Of a stretch of 47,631 nt of DNA, positions 1 through 8,033 are shown in pieces. The stretch covers positions 1 through 47,631 of the forward strand of contig JBFJHN010000001.1 in the NCBI GenBank assembly GCA_041613275.1, in the 5' to 3' direction. The notes below the pieces were generated by a model, which worked only from the letters and a program-made list of their open reading frames with translations, searched no databases and was not told the DNA's origin. The first letter of the stretch is position 1. Each line of letters begins with the position of its first letter. The position numbers and the translations under genes were made by a program. This DNA comes from Candidatus Krumholzibacteriia bacterium (lineage in GTDB: Bacteria > Krumholzibacteriota > Krumholzibacteriia > G020349025).

Positions 1-107
1 CATGCGTGCTCCCGCACGGTGAGCGAGTGAGTGACCGGAGAGACGACCGTCTCTCGCGTCGTGAGCAGCGACTCGATGAGTTCTCTCGACACTCTGACGC
101 ACTTCAA
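1..107 (-). CDS. hypothetical protein, 5' portion only (ORF leaves window at left edge)
   Basis: High-GC3 minus-strand frame reading LKCVRVSRELIESLLTTRETVVSPVTHSLTVREHA... TTG 107-105 overlaps TGA 106-104 of the upstream gene (alternative GTG 92-90). Truncated, so absent from the ORF track. Confidence 0.3.
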   Translation of the reverse strand, partial: MKCVRVSRELIESLLTTRETVVSPVTHSLTVREHA

Positions 108-322
108 GAGCGCCGCCTGTTCTTTCGTCGCGAGTCGCGCTCCATCTTGCGGCGGCGTCTGCGCTCGCGCGCTCGCCGGTCGCTCTCTCTCCGGTTGAGA
201 CCGGACTCTTCGTCGGAGAGCAGCCGCTCGCACTGCTCGATGCGTCGGCGCAAGCGCTGCGTCGGTGACTTGTCGAACAGCTTGCGCAGATGTCGGTAGC
301 GGCGGATCGTAGACGGTCTCAC
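104..322 (-). CDS. hypothetical small, very basic protein (72 aa, Arg/Lys-rich C-terminus)
   Basis: GTG 322-320 overlaps TGA 321-319 of the upstream ORF (GTGA). GGGAG lies just upstream and GC3 is high. This is the C-terminal two thirds of ORF-track 104..424, whose N-terminal extension looks non-coding. Confidence 0.4.
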   Translation of the reverse strand: MRPSTIRRYRHLRKLFDKSPTQRLRRRIEQCERLLSDEESGLNRRESDRRARERRRRRKMERDSRRKNRRRS

Positions 323-516
323 GCTCCCTCCGCGTCTGCGGCCAGGATTCTGTCGGCTGCTTCCGTCCAGCACGAGTCGTCGCGGTCGGGGCACTCCACG
401 TGCTCCGGGATCAGCTCCCAGCACAGCATGAAGTCAGCCATCATGTCGTCGCAGGCAACTCCGGCGTCCACGAGCCTCCGCTTTGCAACGTCCCAGGCTT
501 GAGTGAGTTCGGTCAT
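319..516 (-). CDS. hypothetical acidic protein (65 aa)
   Basis: ORF-track 319..516. ATG 516-514 overlaps TGA 515-513 of the upstream 45-aa ORF (ATGA). Balanced composition (MTELTQAWDVAKRRLVDAGVACDD..). Confidence 0.55.
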   Translation of the reverse strand: MTELTQAWDVAKRRLVDAGVACDDMMADFMLCWELIPEHVECPDRDDSCWTEAADRILAADAEGA

Positions 517-650
517 CGAGCCACCGCCGAGCGCATACGAAGCGACGCCGCGACTTGCTCGAAGTACGCAGCGACGCCGCCGATCTCGCGCAGTGATCGC
601 CGGTCGGTGAAGCAGAGCAAGAGCGGCGTCTTCGGATAGGGCTGAGTCAT
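513..650 (-). CDS. hypothetical small protein (45 aa)
   Basis: ATG 650-648 lies 4 nt after the TAG (657-655) of the XRE gene. Sequence MTQPYPKTPLLLCFTDRRSLREIGGVAAYFEQVAASLRMRSAVAR. This is the last part of ORF-track 513..875, whose upstream part is Arg-rich off-frame noise overlapping the XRE gene. Confidence 0.45.
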   Translation of the reverse strand: MTQPYPKTPLLLCFTDRRSLREIGGVAAYFEQVAASLRMRSAVAR

Positions 651-654
651 CCGT

Positions 655-960
655 CTACGCTCTGCGACCTGTGCGGTAGTAGGACTCTTCTTCTCTCTCA
701 TCGTCTCTCTCTCCGTGGTTGTTCTCGGTGTCTGGCAAGAAGCCGATCTTGCGCAGCACGTCTTCTGGTTCGAAGCCGAAGACTTCGCAGACAGCTTGAA
801 AGAGCGCGGCGTCGTGCGGGAACGTCTGCAGTGCTTCAAGATGCCGGTACGAGCCCTTCGAGAACGAGCGCCCAAGCGCGAGACCGACTTCTTCTGCAGC
901 TCGATCGAGCGACCATCCGAGTTCGCTCCGAGCGTCTGCTACCAAGTCTCGGAATTTCAC
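655..960 (-). CDS. XRE-family helix-turn-helix transcriptional regulator (101 aa)
   Basis: HTH_3-like N-terminus (DLVADARSELGWSLDRAAEEVGLALGRSFSKGSYRHLE) with an acidic C-terminal tail. GTG start at 960 with no obvious SD. Divergent from the head genes. Confidence 0.8.
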   Translation of the reverse strand: MKFRDLVADARSELGWSLDRAAEEVGLALGRSFSKGSYRHLEALQTFPHDAALFQAVCEVFGFEPEDVLRKIGFLPDTENNHGERDDEREEESYYRTGRRA

Positions 961-1120
961 CGTGCGGGAGTGTAGCAGATGCGCACGGCAGGAAGCGAAC
1001 GGTGTTATTCATACCTCCGTGAAGCCCGAACACTCTCGACTCGCGTCGGTCTATCTGGACGACCCGCGGCTATCGAAAGACTGGCGGGACCGCTCGCGCG
1101 AGCGGACGTCCGACGACGAC

Positions 1121-2086
1121 GTGCTGCTCGTCAAGGACTTCGACGCCGAGATCGAGATTCTCAAAGAGCGGAAGTCGACGGTCGACGGCATGACCGTGCG
1201 ACCGCGCAAGTACGTGCTGTCGACGAAGCGTCGCGACCGCGACCGCGACTCGATCGCCGTCGAAGGTTGGGACCTGGACTCGTACCACAAGCCGCGCGGC
1301 TTCGGTCCAGTGCTGTTCGGTCACATGAGCTTTCTACCGCCGATCGCGCGCGGCACTGCCGAAGTCAAGGGCAAGCGGCTCATCGGTGTCGCCGAGTTCC
1401 CCGAAGAGGGCTACGACGAAGACGCCGATCGCATCTTGCGCATGGTCGACTTCAAAGCGCTGAACGGCTGCTCGGTCGGCTTCTTGCCGAAGAAGTTCGT
1501 GCTCAACGCAGAAGAGCGCGGCTTTGACTTCTCAGAGCAAGAGCTGGTCGAGTGGTCGATCGTCAACGTCGGCTCGAATCCAGACGCGCTCATTCAGGCA
1601 CGAAACCTCGACATCGAAGTCGACTGGATCGCCGAGCTTGCCGAGAAGCAGATCGCGCTGATGCGCGGCGCTGGTAACTGGATCGGTGCCGAGCGTCTCG
1701 ACGAGATCGCTCGCGCGCTCGGCTACCGCAAGGGAACGGAGCTGGTCGAGCTGAGCATCGGCGAGATCGCTCGCAAGAAGGAGCCGGAAGTGAAGACCGA
1801 AGAGAAGAAGACCGAGTCGGAGCAGCCGGAAGAGAAGAGCACCGACCGCACCGACGAGATTCTCGCCGCGATCAAGAGCGTGAGCGAGAGACTCGACAGC
1901 GTCGAAGAGCGACTCGACGACAAGAGCGAGCCGCCTGCGCCCATCAAGAGCGCGGAAGACATGAACGACGACGACGAGTTCGAAGTCGACCCTGCCGAGC
2001 TGAAAGACGCTCTCGCGGCGTTCGAAGAGAGCATCGTCGAGCCAGTCAAGGACTCGATCCAAGCGCTCACCGGGCGCGTGGTCTGA
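1121..2086 (+). CDS. prohead (capsid maturation) protease, HK97-type, with scaffold-like acidic coiled-coil C-terminal extension
   Basis: Within ORF-track 962..2086. Shows the pattern RKYVLSTKRRDRDRDSIAVEGWDLDSY..GPVLFGHM typical of HK97-family prohead proteases and sits immediately upstream of the capsid gene. The last ~140 aa are E/K/D-rich coil. Start is uncertain: GTG 1121 was chosen, but ATG 1190 and GTG 962 are also in frame. Confidence 0.8.
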   Translation: MLLVKDFDAEIEILKERKSTVDGMTVRPRKYVLSTKRRDRDRDSIAVEGWDLDSYHKPRGFGPVLFGHMSFLPPIARGTAEVKGKRLIGVAEFPEEGYDEDADRILRMVDFKALNGCSVGFLPKKFVLNAEERGFDFSEQELVEWSIVNVGSNPDALIQARNLDIEVDWIAELAEKQIALMRGAGNWIGAERLDEIARALGYRKGTELVELSIGEIARKKEPEVKTEEKKTESEQPEEKSTDRTDEILAAIKSVSERLDSVEERLDDKSEPPAPIKSAEDMNDDDEFEVDPAELKDALAAFEESIVEPVKDSIQALTGRVV

Positions 2087-2119
2087 CGTTCGGAACCACT
2101 CGATAGGAGACTGCCGAGC

Positions 2120-3304
2120 ATGAAACTCTCGAAGAACGAAATTCTCGATCTCATCAAGACCGGCACTGCCGAGTCGATCGGCGCGCTGACGTCGGCTCTC
2201 GAAGAGCTGAAGTCCTCAGTCGGCGACCCCGAGCCGACTCCGGTACCGGAAGAGACGTCGGCGAGTGTCGACTCCGACCGCTCGAAGACGGTCGGCGGCA
2301 TCGTCCGAGCGCTCGCCAAGAACGCGGGCGTCCCGTCGCTTGCCGCCGTGTGGGCGCAGAAGGCGTACGGCCCTGAGCACGACGTCACGAAAGCGCTACA
2401 GCTGTCCGACGAGGCTGCTGGCGGCTTCCTGATCCCGCCCGAGTATTCCGGCGAAGTGATCGAGCTGCTGCGCGCCGAAAGCGTCGTGATGCAGCTCGGG
2501 CCGCGCACGCTACCGATCCAAGAGGGCGAGCTGCGCGTGCCGCGCCTGTCGTCCGGGGCAACGTTCTCGTGGATGGCGGAGGGCGACAACGTCACGAAGA
2601 GCGAGCAGACGTTCGGGCAGGAGATTCTGCGTCGCCGCAAGGGCGCAGCGCTCGTGCCGATCTCGAACGACTTGCTGCGCGTCCGCAGCGGCGGCTCGGT
2701 CGACAGCTTCGTGACGATGGACATGGTCGGCGCGGCTGGTGCCGGTGTCGACCTCGCTTACATTCGTGGTTCCGGCGTGTCGAACGAGCCGAAGGGCTTG
2801 CTCAATCGCGGCGTCTCCAACAACGCGAACACGACCGTCAATCTGGCGAACGTCACCAGCGATCTCGTGAGCCCGCTCGTGCGCATGTGGGACGCGAACG
2901 TGAAGGGCCGGAACATCGGCATCCTCATGCCGCCGAGCGTGTGGGGCGGTCTCTACTCGGCGCGCGACGGGAACGGAAACTACGTCTGGAAAGACGAGAT
3001 GGATCGCGGCACGCTGCTGTCGTATCCGTTCCGCAAGACGAGTCAGATTCCGGGCGGCGTGAACTTCGAGCTGTACGTGGTCGACTTCGACAACGTCGTC
3101 GTCGGCGAAGCGGACGGCCTGCTCGTCGAGGCGTTCCCGGGTGCCGCGTACCACGACGGCGCAAGCGTGCAGAGCGGCGTGTCTCGCGACGAGACCGTCA
3201 TCCGCGCGATCATCTACACCGACATCATCGACCGCCACGCCGACGCCATTCAGATCGTGAAGGGCAACGGCGCGGCAGACTGGACGAACATCCCCGCCAG
3301 CTAA
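2120..3304 (+). CDS. major capsid protein, HK97 fold
   Basis: 394 aa with AGGAG at 2105-2109. N-terminal helix MKLSKNEILDLIK. Motif DEAAGGFLIPPEYSGEVIELLR is typical of HK97-family capsid proteins. Directly follows the protease. Confidence 0.9.
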   Translation: MKLSKNEILDLIKTGTAESIGALTSALEELKSSVGDPEPTPVPEETSASVDSDRSKTVGGIVRALAKNAGVPSLAAVWAQKAYGPEHDVTKALQLSDEAAGGFLIPPEYSGEVIELLRAESVVMQLGPRTLPIQEGELRVPRLSSGATFSWMAEGDNVTKSEQTFGQEILRRRKGAALVPISNDLLRVRSGGSVDSFVTMDMVGAAGAGVDLAYIRGSGVSNEPKGLLNRGVSNNANTTVNLANVTSDLVSPLVRMWDANVKGRNIGILMPPSVWGGLYSARDGNGNYVWKDEMDRGTLLSYPFRKTSQIPGGVNFELYVVDFDNVVVGEADGLLVEAFPGAAYHDGASVQSGVSRDETVIRAIIYTDIIDRHADAIQIVKGNGAADWTNIPAS

Positions 3305-3339
3305 GCGAGCTGACGCACTAGAGAAAAGGAGAACAACGA

Positions 3340-3789
3340 ATGATGAACTCCGACATCGGCGCGTACGTCGCCGCACTGAATGCGGGTCGCGCTCTCGGCG
3401 TCGTTGCTGGCGGCGCTGGCGATGCCGTCGAAGCCAACGGTCCGTGGGTCGAGCGTCCAGACGGCGCGATGAGCGTCGCGGTGTATGCGCTCTACCGGAC
3501 CACGCTCGCATCCGCCGAGACGCTGTCTGTCGTCGCGAACATCCAAGACGCCGCCGACTCGGGCGGCACTGGTGCAGCGGACTTCGGCACGGCGCTCGCG
3601 TCGACCGTTCTCGAAACGGGCGTCGTGACAGATGCCGAGGGCGCCGTGAAGATCGGCGACTTCAATCTGTCGGGTGCGCGTTCGCACATCCGTGCGCAAG
3701 TCACTCCCGACCTATCGGCAGGATCGATCGACACCGCCGATCTGATGTTCGTCTTCATCTTCGGAGGCCAGGACTCGCTGCCCGCGTGA
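3340..3789 (+). CDS. hypothetical head-module protein (149 aa; possible decoration/accessory protein)
   Basis: Strong SD (AAAGGAG) upstream, Ala/Gly/Thr-rich beta-type composition, located directly after the capsid gene. No motif recognised. Confidence 0.6.
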   Translation: MMNSDIGAYVAALNAGRALGVVAGGAGDAVEANGPWVERPDGAMSVAVYALYRTTLASAETLSVVANIQDAADSGGTGAADFGTALASTVLETGVVTDAEGAVKIGDFNLSGARSHIRAQVTPDLSAGSIDTADLMFVFIFGGQDSLPA

Positions 3790-3793
3790 TCTC

Positions 3794-4072
3794 GTGCGCT
3801 ACTACTGGATCATCTGCAAGGGTCTGAACCCGCCGTACGTAGTGGGCAATAAGCTCGCGTTCCCTCTTGACGAAGCCGTCAAGAAGGTGCGCAGCGGCGG
3901 GTTCGGCGTGCTGCCGGGTTGCGACGGCGAAGACGAGCTGCGAGCGGCGATCGAAGCTGACGAGATCGCAAGCGGCTTGCACCCACCGAGAGCCGGAGCC
4001 AAGAAGCGAACGACGAAGAAGCGCGCCGCGAAGAAGACCGCGAAGAAAAAGGCGACGTCGAAGGCGAAGTGA
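3794..4072 (+). CDS. small head-module protein with histone-H1-like Lys/Ala-rich C-terminal tail
   Basis: ORF-track 3794..4072 with a GTG start. High GC3. The last 27 aa are AKKRTTKKRAAKKTAKKKATSKAK. Confidence 0.55.
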   Translation: MRYYWIICKGLNPPYVVGNKLAFPLDEAVKKVRSGGFGVLPGCDGEDELRAAIEADEIASGLHPPRAGAKKRTTKKRAAKKTAKKKATSKAK

Positions 4073-4143
4073 GCGCGTCGTGCTGGTGCCGAGAGACCGC
4101 AGCGAAGCGGGTTACGTGACGAAGGGTTCGAAGGGAAAGCCAA

Positions 4144-4779
4144 GTGTCGATCGAAGTTCTGACCGAGCCGACGAGCAAGCTGCTCGTGACGCGCGTCGAA
4201 GCGCAGAAGCGCCTCGAAGAGTCGATCGGCACGGACGACGACCTCTTCGACACTCTCGTCTCGGCGGCGTCTGAGTACATCGCTTCGCGGCTCGGCTTTC
4301 CGCTCACGCGCACCGAGTACCGCGAGTACTTGCCGGGGTACGGACACCTCGAGCTGCGACTCTCGCGCTGGCCGATCGAGACTCCGTCGCTCGTCGAGTA
4401 CGACGGCAGCTCGCTCGCGCAGGGTACCGACTGGCGCGTGTCTGACGCCGAGCGCGGCGTCCTGTACTTCCCCGGCGGGACGTACTTCACAGCAGTTCGC
4501 GGCGATGGCCCCGGTGAGTTCGTGACGCCGTTCTACCGCGAGCACTACAAGGTCGAGTACTTTGCCGGGTGGGTCGAAGCTGGCGGCACTGTCGGCGCTG
4601 GCTCGGTGGCAGTTCCGAGCGACATCAAAGAAGCGTGCTTCGTCTGGATCGAGGAAGCGTACGAGGGTCTGTCTCCTGGCGTCTCTTCGTTCAGCGCTGC
4701 CGGTGTCGCGCTCTCGGCGAAAGCGAATGAGATGATCGACCGCTTGCTCACTCCGTACCGGAGGCTGATCGCGGCATGA
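4144..4779 (+). CDS. head-tail connector/adaptor protein (gp6-like)
   Basis: N-terminus LVTRVEAQKRLEESIGTDDDLFDTLVSAASEYIASRLG..L.LSRWPIETPSLVEYDG matches the gp6-like head-tail connector pattern. Position in the head-tail joining block supports this. Confidence 0.7.
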   Translation: MSIEVLTEPTSKLLVTRVEAQKRLEESIGTDDDLFDTLVSAASEYIASRLGFPLTRTEYREYLPGYGHLELRLSRWPIETPSLVEYDGSSLAQGTDWRVSDAERGVLYFPGGTYFTAVRGDGPGEFVTPFYREHYKVEYFAGWVEAGGTVGAGSVAVPSDIKEACFVWIEEAYEGLSPGVSSFSAAGVALSAKANEMIDRLLTPYRRLIAA

Positions 4780-5162
4780 GAGCGCGAGCACTCCGAGTGC
4801 AGCGGAAGCTGCGTCGTCTGATTCGCCGCTCTGGAGAGCCGGTCTTGTTCCGGCACCGAAGCGGCAGCACTCCAAGCTCGGGCGGCGGCACGATCACGCG
4901 CACGACCGTCGACATCGTGACGCGCGCCCTCGTCGGCGAGTCGGTCTCCGGCTTCTTGCCGCGCCAGATCATCACCGAGAATCAGCTCGCCGTGCTTGCC
5001 GCGCCGCTGCTCGACAAGCAGAACGCCGAGCGCGTACCGCAAGCGGGCGACGAGCTGTTCAGAAGCGAAGACGACACCGGAGAAAAGCTCACTGCAGAGC
5101 GCGTGCGAGAGCGCAAGCTCGCCGGAGTGCCGGTCGCTTACATCGTGGAGCTGACGGGATGA
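4776..5162 (+). CDS. head closure / head-tail joining protein (putative)
   Basis: 128 aa, ATGA overlap with the connector gene. Size and synteny only. Confidence 0.45.
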   Translation: MRARALRVQRKLRRLIRRSGEPVLFRHRSGSTPSSGGGTITRTTVDIVTRALVGESVSGFLPRQIITENQLAVLAAPLLDKQNAERVPQAGDELFRSEDDTGEKLTAERVRERKLAGVPVAYIVELTG

Positions 5163-5692
5163 CGGCTGAAGAGCTGGCGCGTTCGCTCCGTCGTGGCGGC
5201 GAGCATCATCGCCGACTGATGAAGACGATTCTCAAGTACCGCCGAGAAGCTGTCGCCAAAGCGTACGCAGAGACGCGCGCTCGCTGGCCGCGCTGGACGG
5301 GGAACTCGGAGAAGAACTGGATTCCCTGGTCCGGCAAGCCGTCGCGCCGTGTTGTCTTTCCGCCAGCGGCAGACCTGTCGCTCTACATCGGCGCACCGAA
5401 GGGTTACGACTCAGCAGACGAGCGAGCTGCTCTGAGCGCGTTCTCGTCGGCGCGCTCGGTGAACGTCGACATCGGCTTCTCTCACAACGGACCGGAAGCG
5501 CGCGTGATCGAGTACGGTCTCTACCCCGACCCGCCGAAGCGTGGCTCTCGGATCCCCGGCACGACCGGCTTCGTCAAGCTCTCCGAGAGTGGCTTTTCGA
5601 AGCAAGCTCCTGGCGGTGCGGTGCGTCTCGCTCTGCAAGCCGTCACGGCGAGGTATACCGAGTCGTCGAGAACGATTCCTCTGGAGGCATGA
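5159..5692 (+). CDS. HK97 gp10-like neck/tail-completion protein (putative)
   Basis: 177 aa, ATGA overlap. Weak gp10-like pattern (..ARVIEYGLYPDPPKRGS..) plus synteny. Confidence 0.45.
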   Translation: MTAEELARSLRRGGEHHRRLMKTILKYRREAVAKAYAETRARWPRWTGNSEKNWIPWSGKPSRRVVFPPAADLSLYIGAPKGYDSADERAALSAFSSARSVNVDIGFSHNGPEARVIEYGLYPDPPKRGSRIPGTTGFVKLSESGFSKQAPGGAVRLALQAVTARYTESSRTIPLEA

Positions 5693-5698
5693 GCGCTT

Positions 5699-6154
5699 GT
5701 GGGTACAAGTCCAGAGATGTACGATGTCCGAAACGCGATCGGCACGGCGCTCGAAACCGGATGGAACGCGCTCGCGCTCAATCCAGCTCTACCGCTCGTA
5801 TGGGGGAACGAAGAGTTTCGCCCCGACTTGCATCCGGTCGCGCGCATTCATGGCTTCGTGCAGGCCGACATCGCGTTCGGCGCAGCGCTGCCGCTGGAGA
5901 TCGGCAACTACGCGAACCTCGGCGGCGCGTGGCGTCAGCTCGGCTTCGTCTTCGGGACGACGTTCACTCCGATCGGTACCGGCGAGACTGAATCATGGAG
6001 GCGAGCCGGTTACTTCGAGAACATCCTCCGACCGACACGCCCGCTCAGCATCGTTCGTTGGGTGGCATTCGACAAGCAGGCAGCAGGGCAGAACGGTGAC
6101 TTCTTCAGCGTTCAAGTCAGCTGCCGATTCGAATACGAGTACACGAGCACGTAA
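5699..6154 (+). CDS. tail terminator-like protein (DUF4128/gpU-like, putative)
   Basis: 151 aa. GTG 5699 lies 11 nt after GGAGG 5683-5687. N-terminal pattern VRNAIGTALETGW..LPLVWGNEEFRP resembles DUF4128 tail terminators. Precedes the tube gene. Confidence 0.45.
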   Translation: MGTSPEMYDVRNAIGTALETGWNALALNPALPLVWGNEEFRPDLHPVARIHGFVQADIAFGAALPLEIGNYANLGGAWRQLGFVFGTTFTPIGTGETESWRRAGYFENILRPTRPLSIVRWVAFDKQAAGQNGDFFSVQVSCRFEYEYTST

Positions 6155-6165
6155 GGAGAAGCATC

Positions 6166-7347
6166 ATGGCTGAGAAGCTGATCGCCGCATCCGATGTCGG
6201 GCAGCTCGCCATCGGCATCGAAAACGAGTGGGCGGAAGACCCGCCCGTCAGTCCCGCTCTCGATCTTCTCGGCATCCAGTCCGAGACTCTGCAGCAGCGC
6301 ACGACCACCGTCGACATCGACGAGATCGAGCCGGGTGCAGAGCTGACCGACATTCGCCGCGTCGATCTCGAAGCTGGCGGGAACATCAACGCATTCATGC
6401 GCTACCCCGCCGCTGGCAACGTGTGGGACAAGCTCACGCGCGGCTTCATGCGCAAGGACTGGAGCGCGGTCGCGACGCACACGGCGACCGACATCTCGTT
6501 CGACGCCGCGAACCACATCGACCGAGTCGCCGGTTCGTGGATCACGGACGGCTTTCTCGTCGGCATGACGGTGCGTGTGGCTGGCTCGACGTCGAACGAC
6601 GGTTACTTCACGCTCACCGGAGTGACAGCGCTTCAGCTCACGACCGAAGAAGCCGGAGTGAGCGAGAGCGCTGGAGCCTCGATCACCGTCGACAACGACG
6701 GTTGGATGAAGAACGGCGTCGACGACGTCTCGTACCTCATCGAGAAGAAGGTCGGCGGCATCACGACGCCCTTCTTCCAGCAGTACGACGGCATGGTGCT
6801 CGGGCAGTACGGCTTCACGATGGAGCCGGGGCGAGTCATCCAGCCGAGCATGACGTTCCTCGGCAAGCGCGAGCAGACCGCGACGAGTTCGTGGGACGCG
6901 ACTCCGACCGCGCTGCCGTCGACGAAGCCGATCGTCGCCGGTCCCGACCTCAAGGAAGTGCACGAAGGCGGCGCGCTCTCGTCGCTCATCTGGACGCAGC
7001 TCTCGCTGCAAGTGCAGCTCAGTCTGCGCGCGCACAAGGGCATCGTCGGCATCGGTCATCAGGCCGAGCCGGGGCGCGGTAAGTTCATGGTGACGGGGAA
7101 CATCCGAGTCTTCGTGGAAGACAAGGCGATGTACGACAAGTACCTCGGCTACACGGCGTCGAAGGTGCGCTTCCGTTTGCAAGACGCAGACGGCAACGTC
7201 GTCGTCGCGTACATTCACAACTTCTACTTCGAAGACGGCAAGATTCTGAACCCCGGCCCGAACAACTCGATCTTCGCCGAGTACTCCTACAAGGCGTTCC
7301 GAGATGCGTCGCTCGGCACGCTCAGCTTCAACCGCTTCGACGCGTAA
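6166..7347 (+). CDS. major tail tube protein (unusually large, 393 aa)
   Basis: AAGGAG SD. Located between the terminator-like gene and the chaperone pair. C-terminal beta-rich pattern KVRFRLQDADGNVVVAYIHNFYFEDGKILNPGP..FAEYSYKAF is tube-like. No sheath gene is present. Confidence 0.6.
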   Translation: MAEKLIAASDVGQLAIGIENEWAEDPPVSPALDLLGIQSETLQQRTTTVDIDEIEPGAELTDIRRVDLEAGGNINAFMRYPAAGNVWDKLTRGFMRKDWSAVATHTATDISFDAANHIDRVAGSWITDGFLVGMTVRVAGSTSNDGYFTLTGVTALQLTTEEAGVSESAGASITVDNDGWMKNGVDDVSYLIEKKVGGITTPFFQQYDGMVLGQYGFTMEPGRVIQPSMTFLGKREQTATSSWDATPTALPSTKPIVAGPDLKEVHEGGALSSLIWTQLSLQVQLSLRAHKGIVGIGHQAEPGRGKFMVTGNIRVFVEDKAMYDKYLGYTASKVRFRLQDADGNVVVAYIHNFYFEDGKILNPGPNNSIFAEYSYKAFRDASLGTLSFNRFDA

Positions 7348-7493
7348 GGGAGAAGCACGGTCACTCTTCCCGCTGTCGTGATTCGAGCTTGCGTCAAGTC
7401 GCTACTCTGGCCTCCCGTCGGAGTGACGCGAGCCGGGTCACCGCAGCGGGATTCTCAACCACACTTCGCAAGCGACTCGGAGGTAACGGATAG

Positions 7494-8033
7494 ATGCAAC
7501 TCGAAGACTATGTCGTCGACAAGACCGCAGAGAAAGAGGGTCGGTGGTTTCACATCGCCCGTCTAAAGACGTGCGTGCGCGTCGCGCGATGGGGCAACCC
7601 GAAGCACGTCGCTCTCATGTCGGCGGCAAACTTAAGCCGCGCAGAGCGGCAGCAGTTTCTCGAAGGAGAAGTGAGCTATGAGTCGCGCGCCGCGCGCACG
7701 CTCGACGAGATGGCAGAAGCTATCTTCCTCGACTTCGGCAAGTGCAAGGCTCCCGACTGCCCCGGTGGCGAAAAGTGCGAGGGGATCGAGCACGAGGGTG
7801 AGCCGATCGAGAACACGCAAGCGCACCGCCGCGAGATGCTCGACAGAGCGCCGACGTTCTTCGCCGAGATCAATCTGCTGAGCCGCACCGAGAGCGGCTT
7901 CAGGGAAAAGACGCTACAGAAGATCGCGGGAAACTCAGGAGCTTCGTCCGCTGGGAGCGCGAGTGGTCGGAGCATTCCGAAGCGCTCGAAGAGCAGCTCG
8001 CGTACCTCCAAGAGCAAGAGAGCCAAGGGCTAG
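7494..8033 (+). CDS. tail assembly chaperone (gpG-like, zero-frame product)
   Basis: GGAGG SD, 179 aa, located between the tube and tape-measure genes. Contains the slippery heptamer G GGA AAC at 7928-7934. The tail downstream of the slip site is low-complexity Ser/Lys. Confidence 0.7.
   Translation: MQLEDYVVDKTAEKEGRWFHIARLKTCVRVARWGNPKHVALMSAANLSRAERQQFLEGEVSYESRAARTLDEMAEAIFLDFGKCKAPDCPGGEKCEGIEHEGEPIENTQAHRREMLDRAPTFFAEINLLSRTESGFREKTLQKIAGNSGASSAGSASGRSIPKRSKSSSRTSKSKRAKG

Noticed and set aside
962-1120. N-terminal extension of the protease ORF from GTG 962.
   Set aside because: The extension (MRECSRCARQEANGVIHTS..) starts 1 nt from the divergent XRE gene start, which leaves no room for promoters. 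It has poorer composition, and homologous proteases usually begin near the KDF..EI.. segment. It cannot be excluded without a homology search.
2510-3511. Long antisense or off-frame ORFs in the track. Examples are 2510..3511(-), 1723..2724(-), 3802..4875(-), 6112..7218(-), 8518..9846(-), 9834..10712(-), 13830..15479(-), 38511..39671(-) and 45258..46877(-).
   Set aside because: They are Arg/Ser/Ala/Pro-rich low-complexity translations typical of non-coding frames in high-GC DNA. They lack SD sequences. Each lies entirely opposite or out of frame to ORFs with recognisable phage-protein motifs and high GC3.
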